NCBI GenBank assembly: GCA_951406725.2
Contig: OX597818.1
Location: 122,016,001 to 122,080,000, forward strand
DNA from: Octopus vulgaris
Taxonomy: Eukaryota
Direction of reading: 5' to 3'
DNA: 64,000 nucleotides
The notes beneath the pieces were generated by a model. The model had not been told where the DNA came from and made no database searches. It saw only the letters and a program-made list of their open reading frames with translations. The position numbers and the translations under genes were made by a program. Below, one piece after another: positions 14,511 through 27,414 of this stretch. The stretch's first letter is position 1. Every line of letters begins with the position of its first letter.

Positions 14511-14716
14511 ACTCTTTACTCTTTTACTCTTTTATTCGTTTCAGTCATTTGACTGCGGCCATGCTGGAGCACCGCCTTTAGTCGAGCAAATCGACCCCGG
14601 GACTTATTCTTTGTAAGCCCAGTACTTATTCTATCGGTCTCTTTTGCCGAACCGCTAAGTGACGGGAACATAACCACACCAGCATCGGTTGTCAAGCAAT
14701 GCTAGGGGGACAAACA
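14511..14716 (-). mobile_element. SINE family B 3' half
   Basis: (actcttt)n tail, gactgcggccatgctggagcaccgcctttagtcgagcaaatcgaccccggg. Confidence 0.9.
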
Positions 14717-14845
14717 GTATTGTCTATCGAGAATTCGTCCTTTAGGTCCTCAATTCGCTTACGGAAAACGACTTCCAAAAACTGGCAGGAACGCTGGGAC
14801 CAATGTATTACTGCACATGGTGACTATTTCGAAGGAGATGGTATT
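14716..14845 (+). pseudogene. Mariner transposase C-terminal remnant
   Basis: Translates ...NWQERWDQCITAHGDYFEGD, the W..RW..C....G.YFE C-terminal motif of mariner transposases. Confidence 0.85.
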
Positions 14846-14969
14846 AAAACTCCCCCATTTTCTTCTTTAACAGAGACTATATTAATATATATATCCATAT
14901 TTTAATTTCCTCGTAAATTTACCTGGAAGAAGGTAAATCCTGAGTCAAGACGATATTACAACAACAAAA

Positions 14970-15000
<31 letters not shown>

Positions 15001-15197
15001 GTACTAATGTTGGCGCAAAGCCTGAAATTTTGGCGTGTTTATTTTCCTTCATACATGTACATACATACATATATACATACATACATACATACATACATAC
15101 ATACATACATACATAAATACATACATACATACATACATAAATACATGCATACATACATAAATAGATACATACATACATATATGTGTGTGTATGTGTG

Positions 15198-15713
15198 TAG
15201 TGTATGTTAAAGAAGAAAATGGAGAGTTTTAACAGATAACATTAATTTATTAAGATATTGTCAATTTACGTTTGCCTGCAATTGTTTCCATATTCAACTC
15301 ATTCAAATTACAGATTTATAAATTAAAATTGCATTTTGAAAATTGTGATTTAAATATTTCTTCAGGGCGAAAAGTTGACACAAAATAAATCACGTCTTAA
15401 TTGATTGAGCCTTCTCAACAGACTAAACATTTCAAAAATATTAACATATTAAAAATACTAAAACGCACACGCACACCTAAATATATGAATGCTGATATGT
15501 TTAGTCTGTTGAGAAGACTCAGTCAATTAAGATGTAATTCCTTTTGTGTCATATTTAAGTCGCAATTTTCAAAAATTGCAATTTTTATTAATAAATTTGT
15601 AATTTGAATGGGTTGGATATGGAAACAATTGTAGGCTAATGTAAATTGACAATATGTCAATAAATTGATGTTATCTGTTAAAACTCACCCATTTTTTTCT
15701 TTAACATATACTA
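15198..15713. repeat. Foldback element with ~220-235-bp inverted arms and ~58-bp spacer
   Basis: 15198-15434 is an imperfect reverse complement of 15493-15713 (e.g. ttctcaacagactaaacat / atgtttagtctgttgagaa; caattgtttccatat / atatggaaacaattg). Confidence 0.92.
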
Positions 15714-16043
15714 TATTAAAATATATCCATATATATCGAAGTGAAACAAACATCTATCAAAATATACCTGGACTCCGTAATGACTTTCATATTTGTGCCA
15801 ATGAATAAATAATAGATAACAATACTACCTAAGTAAAAACATGACACATGAGTATTTCATAGATATATACGATTAAACCGGATTAACTTGGATGCTAACA
15901 TTCTTTTTAAGAGGAATATATATCCTCGCAATAAGACACACTCACACACACACACATACACAAATATATATATATAAATATATACATATATATATATAAT
16001 ATAATATAATATAATATATATATTTTGTTTTTGGACACAACAG

Positions 16044-16099
<56 letters not shown>

Positions 16100-17624
16100 G
16101 AATACACGCACAAATACGTGCACACACACGATTATCCCGATACCGTTGTCTATTTAGACATAGTTTTCTTGAGCCTGCAATATTAAAATATTAAGTTAAG
16201 TGTAAAGTTTTGTATTGCCTTCCTTCTACTTCCATTCCTCTATTTCAATCTTATTCTGTATTGACTTTCAAACAATTTTAACACACTGTGTGTGTATGTA
16301 TGTATGTATGTATGTATGTATGTATGTATGTATGTATGTGTATGTGTGTATACATTTATACATGAGCGTGTGTGTGTGTGTGATTATGACTATATGCGTA
16401 TATATATGTTACAATTATTTCTCTAGCAAGAAGCAATAACCGAATATACAAGTCTGTTCTTTAAAATGTTAATCTAGTTATTGCGAACTGAATAGAGAAA
16501 GAGAACACGACTAAGTGGTTAAAAATCGATTAAATCTGAAGAAAGTTCCGTGCCAGAAATCCCTCAAGACATTACTGCTCACACAACCTTATTATATGAC
16601 GTTGTTTTCATAGAGAAACACACAACTATTTTGTTAATGCTATTGTGGATGGCTGTAGTTTTGTTGTTATAGCTGTTGCTACCTTGCTCAAATTTGATAT
16701 TAGTAGCGGTATAAGTAGAAGTAGTAGCATAAGCAACAGCAGAAGCAACAGTAACAGTAGCCGTAGCAGTAACGGTAGTGACTTATGTTTTTTATTGATT
16801 ATAGTATTAATATTTCCTTTCGTTCTCGTTCGTGCATATTTCTGTAATCTTGCTCCTTTTCATTGTGATCCTTGGTCTGAGAGTAGAATTATTACACTTG
16901 TTGTTATTATTAATATTATCATTATTGTTGTAATTATTATTACTATAATGTTTGAGCTGGTACTTTATTTTATTCACCTCACTGAAAATAAAGAAAGACA
17001 ATGTGGAATTCTGTGGGATTGGAACTCAGCCTAGACTGTCGGAAAATATACTGCAAAGCATTCTACTACACGCTCTAGCGACTTTGCCAATTTCAACGTT
17101 TTATCTACTCTAAGCCGACAAAATAAATAGCAGTTAAATACTCGGGTCGATATAATAGACTGAACCGTCATTTAAAATATGTGGAAATGTGTCTGTATTA
17201 CAATAAACCCCCATTATTATATTTATCCTGATAGATATGGGGAGATATCGTTTTTGTTATCGTTGTAGCAATGACGATAATGATGTTTGGTCTTGTTTTG
17301 AAGAGAAAACATGTAGAAAATGTATTCGAAGCTATTGTGCTATTTTATTCAAATTGTTTTATCTATTTTGTACAGATAATTTCGCCGTGGCTTTGTCAAA
17401 ACAAGGAGAATGCATTGGTATTCTGTAAATGAGAGAACATTACACGATTATTGATTCGTTGTGTTGTTGCTATAAGTCTATAGCTACGGGAACGAGAAGA
17501 GATTTAAGTGAAGTGCCATTGTAAAACAACAAACAACTAGGTGAAGTGGCGAAAGCTGTTATTTTAATTTAATACACAAAGGTGGCTCCGAAAAATGATA
17601 GTTAGAAAAAGAAAGATATATGAC

Positions 17625-17900
17625 GTTATTGCGGAAAAGATTATGGGTCTCAAAACTTGGTTATAAAATTCCGAAGTATTTTCAAGATGGAAATTGTTGT
17701 ACGAAATTACCAAGAATTATGTGTGAGAAAAACAACATCATAAAATTACCATGAATTATGAGTAAGAAAATTGTTTTAGAAAATTCCCAAGAAAGTGAGT
17801 AAGAAAGTAAAACTATATTACAAAACTACTACCAAGATTTAGGAGTAAGTAGAGGAAAATTGTGTTGCAAGATAACTAAGTATTATGGGTAAGAAATGTG
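17625..17900 (+). repeat. Degenerate ~37-bp minisatellite
   Basis: About 6-7 diverged units resembling AAAATTACCAAGAATTATGAGTAAGAAAATTGTGTTAC. Confidence 0.7.
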
Positions 17901-18302
17901 TTATACTGATAGCTGTTTGTGAATGCTGAGTGGTGTGATGTGAATTTAATGTAGAATATTGTAATAGAATATACAGAGATATTTGAATATGGTAGGTTCT
18001 TGTTTAGCCCTGCGTTGAATCTGTTCAAGGAAACTTAATGTCAACACGTTCAAGCCATGACAGCTATTATACTTTCAAATAATATATCAAGGACTTTGAT
18101 GGTGTGTGACCTTGTGTTTAGGGGTTGATCATAAAAATGCAGTTTCTATAATTACAGTCGGAACAGCGTGCTATTTTCTTGAGCAAGCCATTTAATTTCA
18201 TGTGGTTCCAGGCTGCTCAGCTGAAAATGACTACCAGTAACATCAGGCAGTGACCCTGTGTCGGACTGGCTTCCGGTTCAAGGGATTTCCTTTTTGGTTA
18301 TT

Positions 18303-18481
18303 TTAACTTATTACAGTCATTTGGCCGAGGCCATGCTGGAACATTGTCATGAATGTTTTTAGTCGAACAAATCAACTCAAGGACTTATTTCTTAAGCTTT
18401 GTACTTATTCTATCGGTTTCTTTTGCCGAACCGCTAACGTTACGAAAACGCAAAAACACTAACAACGGTTGTCAAGCGATG

Positions 18482-18517
<36 letters not shown>

Positions 18518-18628
18518 CACACACACAAACATACGCACACACGACGGACTTCTTTCAGTTTCCGTCTACCAAATCTACTCATGAGGCTTTGGTCTGCGCG
18601 AAGCTATAGTAGAAGACACTTACCCAAG
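18303..18628 (-). mobile_element. SINE family B, diverged
   Basis: ggccatgctgga.., gccgaaccgctaa, (CA)n, ccgtctaccaaatc, ctatagtagaagacactt. Confidence 0.85.
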
Positions 18629-19307
18629 AAGGAAAAGTATAAAAGCAATTAAAAATATACACCACTTAATTATTTTAGTACCCTGCGCAATCTGTAGATG
18701 ACTATAATAAAAGAAGTGTCCAAGTCGACACTACCATCATTGTTAGTTAGTAGTGCACGATTTGAAAGATATCTTACTTTAATATCTAGCGGAACGCTCA
18801 GTAAATAGCGTTGAAGAAGGCAAGGGTTTATATTTGCTGCCCCGAATGGAATTATATAATAATATCCCGTAATCGGTTAATAAACTTGAGGAAAAGCATG
18901 TACATCAGAATATCCCACGTATCCTACCTACCTACCTACCTACCTACCTACCTACCTACCTACCTACCTACCTACCAACCTACCTACCTACCTACCTACC
19001 TACCTACCTACATGCATACACACAAACATACGGGGTATCGCACCTTGTACTTCTTCCTCTCATTTATGAGTTCATATTGCACCAAACCGTTCATTACTAT
19101 AGATCGATAGACTAAACATCTGTACTTTTCGAGGAAAACGCGAATGGATAGAAAATATATATCTACTTATAACAATTTACCGCTGACAAAATAGGCAAAC
19201 TCTTCTCAATAATAAGTCCCATGATAACCCTCTTAGCTTACAATAAATTAACGTCCAACATGGAATATGCAATTGATAGAGAAATAAATATATATTTCAG
19301 GTTATTT

Positions 19308-19695
19308 ATTTCAAATTTTGGCATAAGGCCAAAAAGTTCGTGGGTGGAGGTAAGTCGATTACAATGTTCAACTGGTTCTTATTTTAAAGACTCCTAAAGG
19401 GATGAAAAGCAAAGACGACCTCGTCGGCATGTGAACCTAGAGCATAAAAACGGACGAAATACCTATTTCTTTACTACCCACAAGGGGCTAAACACAGAGA
19501 GGACAAACAAGGACAGACAAACGGATTAAGTCGATTATATCGATCCCAGTGCGTAACTCGTACTTATTTAATCGACCCCGAAAGGATGAAAGGCAAAGTC
19601 GACCTCGGCGGAATTTGAACTCAGAACGTAACGGCAGAGGAAATACCGCTAAGCATTTCGCTCGACGCGCTAACGATTCTACTAGCTCGTCGCCG
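19308..19695 (-). mobile_element. Young SINE C copy joined to an older, head-less C copy
   Basis: Young unit 19463-19695 ends CCCCTTGTGGGTAGTAAAGAAATA and runs into GGTATTTCGTCC.. of a diverged C body at 19308-19463. Confidence 0.88.
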
Positions 19696-20145
19696 TGGCA
19701 AGTGAATGTATGTTTCACCTATGCTTTCATTGAATAAGAGAGTGGTGCTCACTATTGGAACGTTAAGTAATTGATATGAATGGCACTGAAACCATCAAAA
19801 AAGAATAACTCATTTAAATAGTGAAATTGAATGAAAGGGTTCAATATATTAGTTTTTGCCTCATTATTTATTGGGTGCATAATTATGATAAAGAAAGTTT
19901 TTTAAAGAACGGAATACATGCTGAATTTGAAGCAGATATATGGATACAATTATATTTAGTAACAGAATTGAAGAATTGCCAATGGAAAAAAAAACAGGTC
20001 ATAGGAAAAGAAAGGGAAACAGATGTGTCGCTTTTAAGACGGGATTACGAATATATTATAACAGAACACAAATATCTAGAGTGTACATAAAGAAAGAATA
20101 TAGTATAAAGAAACGTTGAGAATGAGATGCTGGATGATGATGATG

Positions 20146-20182
<37 letters not shown>

Positions 20183-20231
20183 TAATAATAATAATAATGG
20201 TGATAATAATAATAACAATAATAATAATAAT

Positions 20232-20280
<49 letters not shown>

Positions 20281-20310
20281 GTGATAATAATAATAATAAT
20301 AATAATGGTG

Positions 20311-20364
<54 letters not shown>

Positions 20365-20491
20365 GTTTCAAATTTTGTCACAATTTCGGGGGATGAGATA
20401 TATATTTATACACACACACACACACACAATGTATGTATGTATGTATGTATGTATGTATGTATGTATGTATGTATGTATGTATGTATGTATG

Positions 20492-20539
<48 letters not shown>

Positions 20540-20580
20540 GAGTTATATATATATGTATATATATGTGTGTGTGTGTGTGT

Positions 20581-20840
20581 GGAGGCGCAATGGCCCAGTG
20601 GTTAGGGCAGAGGACTCGCGGTCGTAGGATTGCGGTTTCGATTCCCAGATCGGGCATTGTGAGTGTTTATTGAGCGAAAACACCTAAAAGCTCCACGATG
20701 CTCCTGCAGGGAGTGGTGCCGATCCCTGCTGTGCTCTTTCGCCACAACTTTCTCTCACTCTTTCTTCTGTTGGCCTACTCGCTTAGCCAGCGGTGTGGCG
20801 TCATTCGAAGGCTAAAACATCTGATAACGGGATCACGTGA
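20581..20840 (+). mobile_element. SINE with family A head and a different 3' tail
   Basis: Follows family A to caactttctctcactc (~20760), then ggcctactcgcttagccagcgg...gatcacgtga, which is absent from the A copies. Confidence 0.85.
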
Positions 20841-20861
20841 TATATATATATATATATATAT

Positions 20862-21281
20862 ACTCTTTACTCTCTTTTACTCTTTTACTTGTTTCAGTCA
20901 TTTGACTACGGCCATGCTGGAGCACCGTCTTTAATCGAGCAACTCGACCCCGGGACTTATTCTTTTGTAAGCCCAGTACTTATTCTATCGGTCTCTTTTG
21001 CCGAACCGCTAAGTAACGGGGACATAAACACACCAGCATCGATTGACAAGCAACGCTAGGGGGACAAACACAGACACACAAACACACACACACACACATA
21101 CATACATACATATATATATACATATATACGACAGGCTTCTTTCAGTTTCCGTCTACCAAATCCACTCACAAGGCATTGGTCGGCCCGGGGCTATAGCAGA
21201 AGACACTTGCCCAAGATGCCACGCAGTGGGACTGAACCCGGAACCATGTGGTTGGTTAGCAAGCTACTTACCACACAGCCA
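20862..21281 (-). mobile_element. SINE family B, near full length
   Basis: Head GGCTGTGTGGTAAGTAGCTTGC..GGTTCAGTCCC, CORE-like TCTTGGGCAAGTGTCTTC, internal microsatellite, (AGAGTAA)n tail. Confidence 0.92.
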
Positions 21282-21719
21282 TATACTTTGAAAACAAAAG
21301 ACTTTAGTATCTAACTTCATGTATCTATTAATAGATAGGTGTATGTGAAACTGATAAACTTAATATAGATTAACGATAAAACATTACAATTTTATTTTAA
21401 TCCAAATATCAGTGACTTCAGCGCAAAACCTTTTACTAAAGTTCGCTTGCATTTAGCATCTCTGACTGTGTTTGTTATTTTAGTCTCCTTCTACAGCATG
21501 ACCGACAGGACACATATTGCAATTTGTTATATGTAAGATATAAATATGCTATTGTAGAGATCATGTAATAAATGAAGAAAGGAAAAAATGAGAAATTTAA
21601 ATACATATTAACAAAAGGTATACATCGCAAAACATGCATTAGAAGAGAGTGGTAAAGAGGAAGATAGATTGATAGATAGGTAGATAGATAGATAGATAGA
21701 TAGATAGTTAGATAGATAG

Positions 21720-21792
<73 letters not shown>

Positions 21793-21877
21793 TAGTTAGA
21801 TATATAGATAGATGGAGAGAGAGAGAGAGGAAAATTCTTACGTTACCATAATTTCTGTACAATAATTCATGTCTTAC

Positions 21878-21883
21878 CTGTTC
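21878..21883 (-). other. Candidate 6-nt microexon or recursive splice site
   Basis: Minus strand: ttcattctgtttatttttggtttctttgcag|GAACAG|gtaagac. Confidence 0.5.
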
Positions 21884-21983
21884 CTGCAAAGAAACCAAAA
21901 ATAAACAGAATGAAATATAAGTGAAGATAACAACCACCACCACAACAACAACAATAACAGCAACAGCAATAATGATGATGATG

Positions 21984-22033
<50 letters not shown>

Positions 22034-22093
22034 TATAATTAAATAATAATGATAATAATAATGATAATAATAATGATAATAATAATATGTATG

Positions 22094-22159
<66 letters not shown>

Positions 22160-22399
22160 CATCAATGGATCGATAAATCTTGAAATATTAAAACCAATAT
22201 AGAAAGTACATATGTATATATGGTGTTTGGCGGAGCAGTAATATTAACTGTCATATGGCTGGATGTGAAGAAAATGGTCGATGTAACGGCTTTACTAAAA
22301 GTGATGGGTTTGCTAAAAGTGAAATATTCGTTGATGCTTGGAGGTGGAAAAGAAAGAGGCGCCAATAATGATAAATTTATTCTAGTTTGATTTAAGGTT

Positions 22400-22960
22400 G
22401 AAGTTCATAACGTAACTCAGCACTTAAAGAGTGTAAGAAAAATCCAGGCATATTAAAGTTTAAAAATAAGTTTGGAAATTTCTTTGGTATAACGAAGGCG
22501 TTCAATGTGTTCACTAAGGCCGTTACCCGAATGACACCCGTTTTTACCAATATGTCCTGAATTACAAAATTTACGTTGAACAAAATATATAACGTTGCTT
22601 GGCTTGTAACGAAAGTAGTCAGTGACAGGCAATTGCACTATGGCGCTAGTTATTAGCGTGCTGTTTGAGATGACGAAACAAGTAATATACAGAACGGGAA
22701 TAGGTAAAGGTGTTTGGCCATGTATTACAAGAAAGAAAGAAGTCACGCAAGACGCAGAATTTTGTCGCTTTCGAAAGTAAGGAGAAAGAAGGATTAGGAA
22801 AGATAAAAGCAGTCACATGATCAGAAAAATGATTTCGTAAGTTTCCATGTATAGTTCGTTAAAGAGACAGAGTGGGTAAATCAAAGGTCATAAATAAGGA
22901 ACTTTGTCTGTAGTCAAGTGCATTTGAGTTAAATGTGAAGAGATTCTGTCAATAGCGTGG
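22400..22960 (-). pseudogene. Penelope-like element remnant (GIY-YIG endonuclease region)
   Basis: ORF 22453-22746(-) contains TDYFRYKPSNVIYFVQRKFCNSGHIGKNG...LSEHIERLR, a decayed SNVIY..C..C...YIG.TG......EH motif. Confidence 0.7.
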
Positions 22961-23482
22961 GTCTACTGGAGTACGTTGATTAACGCTACAGGTTAACACT
23001 ACCCGCGTAAGAAAACACAGGTGTTTATTTATTAAGCGACAGAATTGAAGACACTATGAGAATGGTATGAAAATGCTAGTTCAAATAGGCTGGGAGGAGG
23101 AAAACTGTAGGTACAACTGTGAAGTTTACATGTTCGAAATCTTATTGCCAAAGACTTTTTGAAAGTAGCTTTTATTTCCCGATAGGTATCTATTATAATT
23201 TAATTAGATTTAAATAGTAATACTCTTAAGGAAAGCTATCTATGTTATAAAATTGTTGCAAAGACTACTAACCATTTTAGCTCCAAAACTTTTTCAACAA
23301 TAAAAATTTAGACCTAACCCATTATTTGAAACTGCATTGTCCCTTAAGAGTAATTCAATCTTTCCAATGTTCAATCTTTTGCGCGAAAGTCAAGCCCAGA
23401 AATAAGATGCCTCCACCGTAAATTATATCGGTTTAAATGAAAACTGCTTTAATGCTCGTTTTTAAAAGCATTTTTTCTCTCT

Positions 23483-23848
23483 TCTTGTTTCAAACATTAA
23501 ACTGCAGCCATACTGGGACGCTGCTTTGAAGAATGAATCAACCTTAATAAGCATTTCTTAAAGCCTGTTACTTATTCTATCGATTTCTTTTCCAGAGTTG
23601 CTAGATTGCGGGGATGTAAATACGCCAACAGCAGTTGCCAAGCGGTGGTGGAGGACAAAGAGACACAGAGACACACACATATATACGGCGGGCTTTTCTT
23701 AGTTTCAGCTACTAAATGCATTCATAAGGCTTTGGTTGGCGCAATGGTATAGTAGGATATACTTGCCCAAGTTGCAACGCAGTGGGACTGAACCTGGAAA
23801 CAGGTAGGTGAGAAGCAAACTTTTCATTGACAACCACACCTGAGCCTA
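23483..23848 (-). mobile_element. SINE family B, old diverged copy
   Basis: cttattctatcg, gcggtggtggaggacaaa, cttgcccaag..cgcagtgggactgaacc. Confidence 0.8.
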
Positions 23849-24340
23849 TATCCATAATTTTCAGAAATGCCAAGAAAAATTTGGTGCAAGCTATTCCAAA
23901 TACTTAATAGAAACATGATCTTTTGAACATAAAATCTAGTTGATCTTTGATGATATTTTATATATATATGGTTGATTCCTTTCAAATCTGCGCTGCAAGC
24001 TCTGTTTAAATGAGATAATATTGATAATATTTCAAGTTGAAAAAGAATTAAATGAACGTTCACGAATAGTTCACTTACTACAGGCATCCTTTGAAGTCCT
24101 TACTTTGCAATTACGAACTTCCGTATAGCTAATTGAAGTAGCGATTCGTCTTCAAGTGGCTTATAGGAAACGGCAAAATACACAAAAATTGAAATACTAA
24201 CCTATTTTTTACCGTTAATTTTATAGATACTTTAATTACTACAAGTTATTTCGCTTCCACATCCATTGCATTTGTACTTACGATCAGCTGTCTGCGTAAA
24301 TATCATTTTTACATTTTTGCATATATACACATTTATACTG

Positions 24341-25306
24341 TTACCTTCGCCAAGGAAGGAGGTTATGTTTTCATTGGCGTTGGTTTGTCCGTCTGTCTGT
24401 CTGTGTGCAAAATAACTCAAAACGTTATGAACGGTATTTGATGAAAGTCGCAAAAAGAGTTGGTAATGACACACGAAACAGATGATGAAATTTCGGTAGT
24501 GATCCGGGAAATTTTATGGATTCTGGAAGGATTTTTCCTTTGTTATATTTACTTTACATGAAGTATTACAATCTTACATTCTTTGATTATCTCCCTTGAA
24601 AACACATCGTTTCCACGTAACCTATGGTGGCGTTGTTGTTTAGAGACAGTGTTGATGATGACGATGGTCGAGATAAGTATGGGCGGAGGATAAACTAGTA
24701 TTGGTGGTTATTATGGCAACAGGAGCGGAGTGATGTGTGATGCTGAGGTGATGGTGGTAATAGTGGTGAGTTCAAATTCCGCCGAGGTTGACTTTGCCTT
24801 TCATCCTTTCGGGGTCGATTAAATAAGTACTAGTTACGCACTGGGGTCGATATAAGCGACTTAATCCGTTTGTCTGTCCTTGTTTGTCCCCTCTGTGTTT
24901 AGCCCCTTGTGGGTAGTAAAAAAAAAAAGGCAATAGTGGTGTTGATGATAGTGTTAGTTGTGTGATGGTGATATTGCAGTGGTTATACTGGTTGTGGTGG
25001 TGAAAGTGACTGTCAAGGTAACCGTCATGATAACATTGATGGCGGTGTCTGTGGTTGAAGTGGAAGCAATGACAATGCTGCTGATGATGTTGGTGGTTGT
25101 GAACTGCTTCAGATGATTCCTGTTTTTAAAGGGTTTTTTTTTCTTAAAATCATATGGCTGTGTTAATTTTTTTTTTTTACCCCCGCCAAGGAGGTTATGT
25201 TTTTGCCAGCTTTGGTTTGGGAAATTGGGCGATTTTCAGCATGCGTGTATATGGGTGGAAATGAGCTGCTTGGCGGAGGTCTGCGCTCTCCGAATGCTTT
25301 TCTAGT
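24341..25306 (+). mobile_element. Non-autonomous Helentron (HINE / DINE-1-like)
   Basis: 5' TTACCTTCGCCAAGG..GGTTATG subTIR, (GTCT)n tract, 3' inverted subTIR CTTGGCGGAGGT, short hairpin, then CTAGTT; a second 5' end at ~25177. Confidence 0.82.
24767..24928 (+). mobile_element. Young SINE C, 5'-truncated, with 13-bp TSD
   Basis: tgagttcaaattccgccgagg...ccccttgtgggtagt(A)n flanked by ggtaatagtggtg (24756-24768) and ggcaatagtggtg (24929-24941). Confidence 0.9.
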
Positions 25307-25533
25307 TTCCATATGAATACACATATATCCATAAGTTTATTGCACTGACATATATAATTCATTATTATCTCTACAGCTCTATATACCAAGGTTTAATGTT
25401 CTAGAATTCATAATCACTCGAATGGCGGGAACACAGATCATGGAGAAAAAATCTGTGCAGTTACTGCTTCCGGTAAATTTTATACACAGTGAGCGTCTAT
25501 GTCTATCTGTCTGTCTTTCTGCATGCACGCATG

Positions 25534-25567
<34 letters not shown>

Positions 25568-26195
25568 TGTATGTATGTATGTATGTATGTATGTATGTAT
25601 GTATGTTATGTTATGTATGTTATGTTATGTATGTATGCATTTATATACGTTGCATATAAATATATATTATACACATACGTTTCTGATTATAATCAATAAT
25701 TGATTGGGAGATAATACTTAAATCCATATACTAAAGAATAAGTTTATAATTTATTCGGCTGATAGCAATCAATGAGTTTCCACCTCTCAATCCATTTATG
25801 CACTCACTCAGAGTATTGATATAAATAGCATCACGGTTAGAAGTATACGTATGTGTTATGTAAGTATATATGTTTATCTACGCATATCTATCTATATATA
25901 TATTATACACAAAATATATTTATCTATGCATATATATTATATATACTAAACACGCAAACATACATACGCACACAGACACAGATGTGCATTTCATTCACAC
26001 ATGCACACGCGCGCACGTTTGTATATATATATATATTTGTGTGTGTGTATAAATATATATATATATAGACACAGTTAGCTCTGTAATGTGAAGAAGAATC
26101 TGTTTCCTCTTTTACTCTATTCATCTCTAAACATGTGTTTATTCATAATAATAAATAATACTGAACACTATATATGCATGTGCCAAACTGCATCA

Positions 26196-26241
<46 letters not shown>

Positions 26242-26497
26242 ATCTCTACATCTAACCCTGTTTAAAATTTTGGTGATTACGACATGCTGCATGCAGGTGA
26301 ACGAGACTGCAAGCCTCCTTTACGAACAAAATATATTGTGTATGCAGCTATCATACAAAGTAGATATATCGATCCAACTAAATAAACATGCAATATTTTA
26401 TACACCAGCACATATGTGCTGTATGTTGTATGTATGAGCAAGTGTGTGTGTGTATGAGTGCGTGCGCGTGAGCGTATGTGTGTATGATAGCATTAGT

Positions 26498-26517
26498 CCA
26501 ATGACGTCATTTTCCGT
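26498..26517. promoter_or_regulatory. Overlapping CCAAT, perfect CRE palindrome and ETS-like core
   Basis: CCAATGACGTCATTTTCCG: ATGACGTCAT at 26501-26510; TTCCG reads CGGAA on the minus strand. Confidence 0.4.
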
Positions 26518-26790
26518 TCGATTATCTCAATCCATCCAGGCTGTCAGCTCAGCTCTCTTTCCTGCTCCTTCCTCTTTCTCTCCCTCTCTTTCTTTTCTCT
26601 CTTTACTCCCTCCCTCCCTCCCTCCCTCCTCCCCATCTCTCTATCTCTCATTCTCTCTCTCTCCCCATTACCATGTGTCCAAATGTGTGCCTGCTGTCTG
26701 TTGTCGTTTAGAAAAACTGCAGACGACAGCTTCTGCAGCAACATCCGGCCCATCTGTATCTGATGTCGCTAAAGCTATGCTTGTTTCACT

Positions 26791-26835
<45 letters not shown>

Positions 26836-27097
26836 CTTATATCTTAATAGTAGACATTACAGTTACTTGGTTGTAAAACATTAAAATATATGCACTTTTT
26901 CTATGTGCATGTAAAAATGTATGCTTCCATGTATGTACATACATACATACATAAATACATAAATACATACATACATAAATACATACATACATACTTAAAT
27001 ACATACACATGTATGTTTAGATACATATTGATAAATATATACATATATTCATATACACACAAATGTTTGTAATATTTATTGGTATGTATATGTGTAA

Positions 27098-27330
27098 GCG
27101 CGTGGCTTAGGAGTTATGTTGCTGTACTCATGAACGTACGAGTACAGTTTCGATTCCAGAGTTGGGCCTCGCGTTGTGTTCTTGAGCAAAATACTTAATT
27201 TCTGTTGTTTACAGTTCACTCGGCTGGTAAAAAGTAGTAATCCTCCGATGGACTGTCTCTCGTAGAAGGCGGGGGATATATACGCCAAAGGATACGGGAA
27301 ACCGGTCTTACGAGTTTATGCCTCGGGAAA
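27098..27330 (+). mobile_element. Old tRNA-derived SINE (G-type head)
   Basis: gcgcgtggcttagg..gtttcgattcc..ttgtgttcttgagcaaaatactt..aatcctccgatggactg. Confidence 0.7.
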
Positions 27331-27380
27331 ACATAAATTTCCCACGTGGAAAACAAAACTTTTGTACCGAACATTTTCAT

Positions 27381-27413
<33 letters not shown>

Positions 27414-27414
<1 letters not shown>

